64,000 nt of DNA from Candidatus Latescibacterota bacterium (GTDB lineage: Bacteria > Latescibacterota > UBA2968), in the NCBI GenBank assembly GCA_965116885.1, contig OZ220741.1, positions 3,040,001 to 3,104,000 on the forward strand, written 5' to 3'. The position numbers and the translations under genes are program-made. Shown piece after piece: positions 57,880-64,000 of the stretch (positions are counted from its first letter, which is position 1; every line of letters begins with the position of its first letter). A model generated the notes under the pieces. The model did not search any database. It was not told the origin of the DNA and saw nothing but the letters and a program-made list of their open reading frames with translations.

Positions 57880-58533
57880 TTAGTGATTCAATTCACGCAA
57901 ACACATCCGATGTGTGCGCCGTCTCTCTGCGTGAATAATTGCGAGTAAATCGGCGATGGCTTGTTCCAATTTGTCATTTACAACAACGTAATCGCTGTTT
58001 TTGGCCTGGACAAGTTCAGAAACTGCATTTTCCATACGCAAGCGAAAGGCCGATGTGCTTTCAGACTGTCGCGCATTGAGTCGCTCTGCAAGCACATCGA
58101 GGGATGGCGGCACGATAAATACGGTCACACAGCGATCTCCCAAGACCTTTTTCCACGCGGCTACGCCTTGCACATCCACGTCCATTAACATCACCTGTCC
58201 GCCGCTCATGGCTTTTACAACCGCGTCGAATGTTGCACCGTAAAGATGTCCGTGTACTTCGGCAGACTCGACAAAATCACCTCGTTTTTGCATGGCTTCA
58301 AATTGTGCAACTGTCACAAAATGACGGGCAACACCTTCTACTTCGTCATCGCGTGGTGGTCGCGTCGTTGTCGTCACGCACCGCCGCACGCGGGAATCTG
58401 CACGCAAAACTCCCTGGCATATCGTCGTTTTTCCCACTCCCGATGGCCCGGCGACGACCACGGCAAATGCGTCGGGACTATCGCTCAACTTTTGCCGAAT
58501 TCTTTTAACATCCGTTTTTTCTGATTTAATCAT
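57880..58533 (-). CDS. gmk: guanylate kinase
   Basis: 'GPSGVGKT', 'TTRPPR', 'DVDVQG', 'FIVPPS'. Confidence 0.95.
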   Translation of the reverse strand: MIKSEKTDVKRIRQKLSDSPDAFAVVVAGPSGVGKTTICQGVLRADSRVRRCVTTTTRPPRDDEVEGVARHFVTVAQFEAMQKRGDFVESAEVHGHLYGATFDAVVKAMSGGQVMLMDVDVQGVAAWKKVLGDRCVTVFIVPPSLDVLAERLNARQSESTSAFRLRMENAVSELVQAKNSDYVVVNDKLEQAIADLLAIIHAERRRTHRMCLRELNH

Positions 58534-58542
58534 CCGCGACTT

Positions 58543-59415
58543 TTACTCGATGTTTTGAATCTGTTCTTTGAGTTTTTCAATTTCTTCTTTGATATCTACG
58601 ACCACATGGGCTATCGTCGCGTCACCTGCTTTGGATCCCATGGTATTGGCTTCTCTGAGCATTTCTTGTAACAAAAAATTGAGACGCCGGCCAACTGCTT
58701 CTTTGCGGTCGAGCATATCGAGAAACTGTGCGTTATGACTGTGAAAACGCACGCATTCTTCTGTTATGTCGCTGCGGTCGGCCAGGAGAGCAATTTCCAT
58801 CAATAGCCTGCTCTCATCAATTTGTTCGGGCGTTAATAATTGCGCCAATTTTTCCTCTAATCGCGTCCGAACAGTTTCTACTCGCTCGGGTGCGAGTTCT
58901 TCGACGCGCTGGAGAAATTTATTGAGCACTAAAATGCGCGTATGGAGATCACGGGCGAGTTTTTCACCTTCTGCCAGACACATGGCCCGACAGGCGTCAA
59001 TAGCCTGACTGAGTGCTACAGATACCACCTTCCAGAGGGCTTCAGAATCGAGTTCGGGAATTTCAAATGCGAATATTTGAGGTAACTGGGCAATTTGCAT
59101 CAGATCGATATCGCCCGATATATCCGCGCGAATTTCTTCGATCCCTTTGAGATACGCGGATAGAACTTCGGGCTTGAGTACAGGAAGACCCTGCTCCGAT
59201 GCAGTACCCTGTAAAGTTATACTCACATCGAGTCGCCCTCTTGTAAAGACCGATAAAACCCGTTCTTTGATGCGAGATTCAAGCTCAGACAAAGAACGGG
59301 GCATGCGTACTATCACATCGCCATAGCGCCCATTGACCGACCGCATTTCAACAATAACGCGGCCCACATCCCCTTCTGCAATACCCTTTCCAAAACCGGT
59401 CATGCTGGCGATCAT
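58543..59415 (-). CDS. yicC: YicC/YloC endoribonuclease
   Basis: 'SMTGFG', 'RSVNGR', 'GRRLNFLLQEMLREANTMGSK', 'EQIQNIE'. Confidence 0.93.
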   Translation of the reverse strand: MIASMTGFGKGIAEGDVGRVIVEMRSVNGRYGDVIVRMPRSLSELESRIKERVLSVFTRGRLDVSITLQGTASEQGLPVLKPEVLSAYLKGIEEIRADISGDIDLMQIAQLPQIFAFEIPELDSEALWKVVSVALSQAIDACRAMCLAEGEKLARDLHTRILVLNKFLQRVEELAPERVETVRTRLEEKLAQLLTPEQIDESRLLMEIALLADRSDITEECVRFHSHNAQFLDMLDRKEAVGRRLNFLLQEMLREANTMGSKAGDATIAHVVVDIKEEIEKLKEQIQNIE

Positions 59416-59470
59416 ACCCACTCCCACCTGCTGGCAAATGCAATAAAAATGTCTGAAATAATAGCTAAAA

Positions 59471-59499
59471 AAGATAGTCAATTTACATATTATTGTCAA
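59471..59499 (-). promoter_or_regulatory. sigma70-like promoter of the yicC operon
   Basis: TTGACA-17bp-TATCTT. Confidence 0.65.
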
Positions 59500-59592
59500 T
59501 CAAACCGGATAGAACTACAGATTTGTGGTTATCAATCGCATTTCTTCGCAGCTCGCAATGGGGTGGTTTGGTGTTGCGTTTCTACACTTTGA

Positions 59593-59621
59593 TTGACCTC
59601 AACGTGGTAAGAAGGTATATT
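59593..59621 (+). promoter_or_regulatory. sigma70-like promoter of lepA
   Basis: TTGACC-17bp-TATATT. Confidence 0.6.
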
Positions 59622-59642
59622 CTTATGCTTTATGGCGTTTAT

Positions 59643-59726
59643 TGAACTGTTATACTGAAGTTGTGCTGCGCGTGTGCAGTCGTGCTCGAAGCGATGTACA
59701 ACTGCGACGCTTTATCAGCAGTTCAT
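59643..59726 (+). repeat. inverted doublet of GTAC-hairpin repeat (REPIN-like) in the lepA leader
   Basis: tgaactg..agttgtgc ... gtacaactgc..gcagttca. Confidence 0.5.
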
Positions 59727-59773
59727 TACTCGTCTTCATATACAACTTCTCAAACTTGTAGCAACGCAAAAAT

Positions 59774-61573
59774 ATGAATCTTCATAATATTCGAAATTTT
59801 TCCATCATTGCGCATATTGATCACGGAAAATCGACCTTGGCTGACCGGTTGCTCGAAGAGACGCAAACTCTGAGCAAATATCAAATGCAAGATCAGGTGC
59901 TCGATAGCATGGATCTCGAACGCGAGCGGGGTATTACCATCAAATCGCACGCCATTCGCATGGATTATACAGCGCCAGATGGTCAGATTTATGAACTCAA
60001 TCTCATCGATACGCCGGGTCATGTCGATTTCTCTTATGAGGTCTCGCGCAGTCTCACCGCGTGTGAAGGTGCGCTGCTCCTCGTTGACGCGGCACAGGGA
60101 GTGGAAGCCCAAACCGTTAGCAATGTTCTCCTTGCTATGGAGCACGACTTGTTCATCATTCCCGTGATCAACAAGATTGACCTGCCCGGTGCCGAAGTAG
60201 ATCGCGTGGTCATGCAACTCCATGACTTGCTCGGTGTAGAAGAAGAGGAAATTGTCAAAATCAGTGCTAAAGAGGGCATTGGGATCGATAAACTCCTGGC
60301 CGCTATTATCGATGAGATACCACCTCCGGAAGGGAATCCGGATGCTCCGCTTAAGGCTCTCATCTTCGATTCTATTTTCGACCAATATCGCGGTGTCGTG
60401 GCTTATGTGCGCGTTTTTGATGGCGTGTTAAAAAAAAATATGCCCATCCGTCTCTTTTCGACCCACCAAAATTACGACGCCGAAGAAATCGGTACCCTCA
60501 AACTCAAGCGTATCAAACAGCAAAGCCTCAGCGCAGGCGAAGTCGGGTATCTTATCGCGGGGATAAAGGACCTTGAAGACGCTCGGGTCGGCGACACTGT
60601 CACCGGCTCTGCGAATCCCGCTCCTGACCCCTTGCCCGGCTATCAGGAAGTCAAACCCATGGTCTTTGCCGGGCTTTATCCCATATCATCAGATGACTTT
60701 GAAAACCTTCGCTCTGCACTCGAAAAACTGCACCTCAACGATGCGTCATTGTCCTACGAACCCGAAACTTCGACAGCACTCGGTTTCGGGTTTCGATGTG
60801 GCTTTCTCGGCCTGCTCCACATGGAAATTGTCCAGGAGCGACTGGACCGCGAATTTGACATAGACATCATCACTACTGTGCCGAATGTCGAATATCGCGT
60901 GCGCCTGACCAGTGGAGAGCAGGTCAATGTGCAAAATCCCGCTGAGATGCCCCCAGCGGGAAATATAGAAGATATTGCCGAACCGATACTCGATGCCCAA
61001 ATTCTGGTGCCCTCTGAATATGTGGGCAATATTATGCGTATTGCACAAGATCGTCGGGGCCATTATCGGACGACCGAATACATTGATCCCACCCGTGCTC
61101 TCTTGCGCTATGATCTGCCGTTATCCGAAATTGTGCTCGATTTCTACGACCGCCTCAAATCGGTCTCGCGCGGTTATGCATCGTTTGACTACGAATACAA
61201 AAAACACCAGGCAGCAGATCTGGTCAAACTCGATCTGCTCATCAACGGCGAACCCTTAGACGCACTCTCTGCAATTGTTCACCGCGATAAAGCCTATGAA
61301 TGGGGGCGCGCATTGAGTCAAAAACTCAAAGCACTGATCCCGCGCCAGCTCTTTGAAGTCGTTATTCAAGCGGCAATCGGTGCCAAAGTGATTTCGCGCG
61401 AAACCGTGCGGCCCTTCCGCAAAAACGTCACCGCCAAATGTTATGGCGGCGATATTACCCGCAAGCGCAAACTCCTCGAGCGCCAAAAAGAGGGTAAAAA
61501 GCGCATGAAACAAGTCGGTGCAGTAGAAATCCCTCAAGAGGCGTTTCTCGCTGTTTTGCAGATGGAAGTGTGA
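59774..61573 (+). CDS. lepA: elongation factor 4 / LepA
   Basis: '[13 protein letters not shown]', '[11 protein letters not shown]', '[13 protein letters not shown]'. Confidence 0.98.
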   Translation: MNLHNIRNFSIIAHIDHGKSTLADRLLEETQTLSKYQMQDQVLDSMDLERERGITIKSHAIRMDYTAPDGQIYELNLIDTPGHVDFSYEVSRSLTACEGALLLVDAAQGVEAQTVSNVLLAMEHDLFIIPVINKIDLPGAEVDRVVMQLHDLLGVEEEEIVKISAKEGIGIDKLLAAIIDEIPPPEGNPDAPLKALIFDSIFDQYRGVVAYVRVFDGVLKKNMPIRLFSTHQNYDAEEIGTLKLKRIKQQSLSAGEVGYLIAGIKDLEDARVGDTVTGSANPAPDPLPGYQEVKPMVFAGLYPISSDDFENLRSALEKLHLNDASLSYEPETSTALGFGFRCGFLGLLHMEIVQERLDREFDIDIITTVPNVEYRVRLTSGEQVNVQNPAEMPPAGNIEDIAEPILDAQILVPSEYVGNIMRIAQDRRGHYRTTEYIDPTRALLRYDLPLSEIVLDFYDRLKSVSRGYASFDYEYKKHQAADLVKLDLLINGEPLDALSAIVHRDKAYEWGRALSQKLKALIPRQLFEVVIQAAIGAKVISRETVRPFRKNVTAKCYGGDITRKRKLLERQKEGKKRMKQVGAVEIPQEAFLAVLQMEV

Positions 61574-62268
61574 GGAAAATGCCCCCAAAAAGATCCGTGA
61601 CTATTGAATATATCAAGGCCATCTTACTCGCGTTTGTACTCGCGCTTTTTATTCGCATATTTGTCGTGCAGGCATTTCGCATTCCTTCAGGGTCGATGGA
61701 AAACACTTTGCTGATCGGAGATTTTCTGCTGGCGAATAAATTTATTTACGGTGCTCGCATACCCTTTACCGACATTCGCCTGCCCGCGTGGCGTTCGCCA
61801 GATCCCGGAGATATTGTTATTTTTCAGTATCCCAGAGATCTATCCCGCGACTTTATCAAACGCATTGTAGCAGGACCCGGACAGAAAGTTGAAATAAAAG
61901 ATAAAATCCTTTATGTTGACGACAAGCGCGCGATTGATCCATCCAGAGCCAAATATATCGATTCTGTTATTCTCAGACGGAGGTCGGTGGTCAATACACG
62001 GGATAACTACGGGCCTAAGATCGTGCCCGAAGACTGTTATTTTGTGATGGGCGACAACCGCGACAGCAGTGAAGACAGTCGATACTGGGGCTTTCTCAAG
62101 CGCGATCTCATTCGGGGAAAAGCATTTGTTCTCTACTGGTCCTGGGCACCTGATGATCGCGTCCCCGCATATAGCAACGTGACGTCTCTATTCGGTATCG
62201 CGCTCTATAATCTGTTCCACTTTCCCGAGCGCGTGCGCTGGCGGCGCATTGGTATGCTCGTGGAGTGA
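61570..62268 (+). CDS. lepB: signal peptidase I
   Basis: 'PSGSM', 'FIKR', '[14 protein letters not shown]'. Confidence 0.96.
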   Translation: MRKMPPKRSVTIEYIKAILLAFVLALFIRIFVVQAFRIPSGSMENTLLIGDFLLANKFIYGARIPFTDIRLPAWRSPDPGDIVIFQYPRDLSRDFIKRIVAGPGQKVEIKDKILYVDDKRAIDPSRAKYIDSVILRRRSVVNTRDNYGPKIVPEDCYFVMGDNRDSSEDSRYWGFLKRDLIRGKAFVLYWSWAPDDRVPAYSNVTSLFGIALYNLFHFPERVRWRRIGMLVE

Positions 62269-62275
62269 AGATTTC

Positions 62276-63385
62276 ATGCACCTCGGCCTTTACATCCATA
62301 TCCCATTTTGTCACTCGCGCTGTCCGTATTGCGATTTTGCATTTGTCGTGGGAAAAAATCATATGGCGAAACGCTATACGGATGCGGTGATTGTTGAAAT
62401 GCAAACCCGCATGCAGTCTTTTGGAACGGTCCCGGTGTTCGATACGCTGTACTTTGGGGGAGGCACGCCTTCGGCAATACCACCTGGACAATTGGATCGG
62501 ATTCTGACAAGTGCGAAAAGCGCGGTCGCTCCCGATGCAGAGATTACGGCAGAGGCCAATCCCAATGACTGCGAGCACTTTGAAAAATTATATGAATATG
62601 GTGTAAACCGCTTGAGTCTGGGCGTGCAGGCATTTACAGATCGCGCACTCAAAGCACTGGGGAGATTTCACACGGCGTCAGATGCGATCGAGGCGTTTCA
62701 AACCGCCCGTGATGTGGGGTTTAAGAACATAAGTATTGACCTCATGTACGGCGCGCCGGAACAGACGCTTGAAGAATGGGCAACGAGTATTCAGAGAGCC
62801 ATAGATCTGGGGCCTGAACATATCTCGGTGTATGGTCTCACGATTGAACCCCAGACCAATTTTGCGCGCCGCTTTCAAAAAGGGAAATTGGATGTGCCGC
62901 CTGAAACCGACCAGGCCGAGATGTATATGTATGCTATTGACCACCTCGAGGCTGCCGGGTACATACATTACGAAATTTCCAATTTTGCCCAACCGAGATT
63001 TGCGTCGCGTCACAATCTCAACTACTGGCATGATCGCCCCTATCTGGGCGTTGGTTTATCTGCACATTCGTATCTCGATAATCGGCGATTCTGGAATGTG
63101 CGGGGCATCACAACTTATATACAGCATATTGAGGCAACCGGATATGCAGTGGAAAGAGAAGAACAACTCACCCCGACACAGCACCTGTTGGAGCGAGTTA
63201 TGCTTGGATTGCGCCAACGCAGGGGGCTTTGCGCAGAGTTTTTGAGTCATCCAAAAATCCACAAACAGTATATCGCGATGGCAAATCAGCACTTGCTGGA
63301 ACGAACTGATAACCGCGTTCGCCTGACGCGGCGAGGTCTCCTGCTCGCCGATCTGGTATGCACCGAACTCATTAGAGAACTATAG
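62276..63385 (+). CDS. hemW: radical SAM heme chaperone HemW (HemN-like)
   Basis: 'YIHIPFCHSRCPYCDF', 'GGGTPS', 'YEISNF', 'HNLNYW'. Confidence 0.92.
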   Translation: MHLGLYIHIPFCHSRCPYCDFAFVVGKNHMAKRYTDAVIVEMQTRMQSFGTVPVFDTLYFGGGTPSAIPPGQLDRILTSAKSAVAPDAEITAEANPNDCEHFEKLYEYGVNRLSLGVQAFTDRALKALGRFHTASDAIEAFQTARDVGFKNISIDLMYGAPEQTLEEWATSIQRAIDLGPEHISVYGLTIEPQTNFARRFQKGKLDVPPETDQAEMYMYAIDHLEAAGYIHYEISNFAQPRFASRHNLNYWHDRPYLGVGLSAHSYLDNRRFWNVRGITTYIQHIEATGYAVEREEQLTPTQHLLERVMLGLRQRRGLCAEFLSHPKIHKQYIAMANQHLLERTDNRVRLTRRGLLLADLVCTELIREL

Positions 63386-64000
63386 ATGGAATTTCGCATC
63401 CGCCTGCCCGGTTCCACCGCCAATCTCGGTCCCGGTTATGATGCACTGGGTATGGCACTGTCTATTTACAATTATATCGGGATAAGAATCCGTTCCCGAC
63501 CGGGCGTGTCGTTTAGCATTGAGGGTGAAGGCAAGGATATCTTGCCTGCTAATGAGGAGAATCTCTTCTATCAATCCGCACAATTTGCCGCCCAACGCGC
63601 AGGCAAAACACTGCCCGGGATCGATATTCACATGCACAATAGCGTGCCACTTGCCCGGGGATTGGGTAGCAGTTCAACGGCTATTGTCGGCGGTGTTGTT
63701 GCAGCGAATCGTCTCTTGTGCGAACCCTTTTCTCCAGAGGAGATGCTCGATATTGCCACGACTATTGAAGGGCATCCGGACAATGTCTCGCCCTGCTTGC
63801 TCGGCGGCCTCACTGCTTCTACTATGGATGGCAACCGCGTTGCATGCGTGCGCGCCCTGCCGCCGCAAGAATTGCGCGCTGTGGTCGCCATTCCCGAATT
63901 TGAACTCAAAACCGAAGATGCTCGCAATGTCTTGCCCGACGCGATTTCGCACCGTGACGCCGTTTTCAGTACAAGCCGAGCATGCATTGTTACCGCAGCG
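63386..64000 (+). CDS. thrB: homoserine kinase, 3'-truncated by the window edge; absent from the ORF track
   Basis: Hand translation from ATG 63386: 'MEFRIRLPGSTANLGPGYDALG', 'PLARGLGSSS', 'EGHPDN'. Confidence 0.93.
   Translation, partial: MEFRIRLPGSTANLGPGYDALGMALSIYNYIGIRIRSRPGVSFSIEGEGKDILPANEENLFYQSAQFAAQRAGKTLPGIDIHMHNSVPLARGLGSSSTAIVGGVVAANRLLCEPFSPEEMLDIATTIEGHPDNVSPCLLGGLTASTMDGNRVACVRALPPQELRAVVAIPEFELKTEDARNVLPDAISHRDAVFSTSRACIVTAA

Noticed and set aside
59750..60385. 211-aa ORF antisense to lepA
   Set aside because: Shadow frame of a highly conserved gene.

Overview
Gene-dense bacterial chromosomal window with about 58 CDS. No rRNA, tRNA, CRISPR array, integrase or transposase was recognised. 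Lipoproteins, an Omp85 barrel, a PorV-like protein and a GWxTD protein point to a diderm, probably FCB-related bacterium (Latescibacterota/Gemmatimonadota-like; inference). Housekeeping genes: accD-aroQ, sucD, rpiA, era, yicC-gmk-rpoZ-coaBC-udg-dnaB-radA and lepA-lepB-hemW-thrB (thrB runs off the window). Most notable loci: (1) a 1615-aa protein fusing a metal-ligand-deficient M28 'pseudo-peptidase'/PA ectodomain to a FtsX/MacB-type permease, co-transcribed with an OPT-like transporter; (2) radA followed by an RNA 2'-phosphotransferase (KptA/Tpt1) and a non-DisA diadenylate cyclase; (3) a helical lipoprotein, an active L,D-transpeptidase, a probably inactive L,D-transpeptidase paralogue and a PorV-like gene in one run; (4) a circularly permuted ATP-grasp/alpha-E/transglutaminase operon whose second ligase looks degenerate and which joins menC through a 25-bp duplication; (5) a Rieske-helical protein with a perfect 16-bp palindrome inside its promoter; (6) dispersed GTAC-hairpin (REP-like) repeats and small cassettes flanked by short tandem repeats. 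All family calls come from motif recognition by eye, not database searches.
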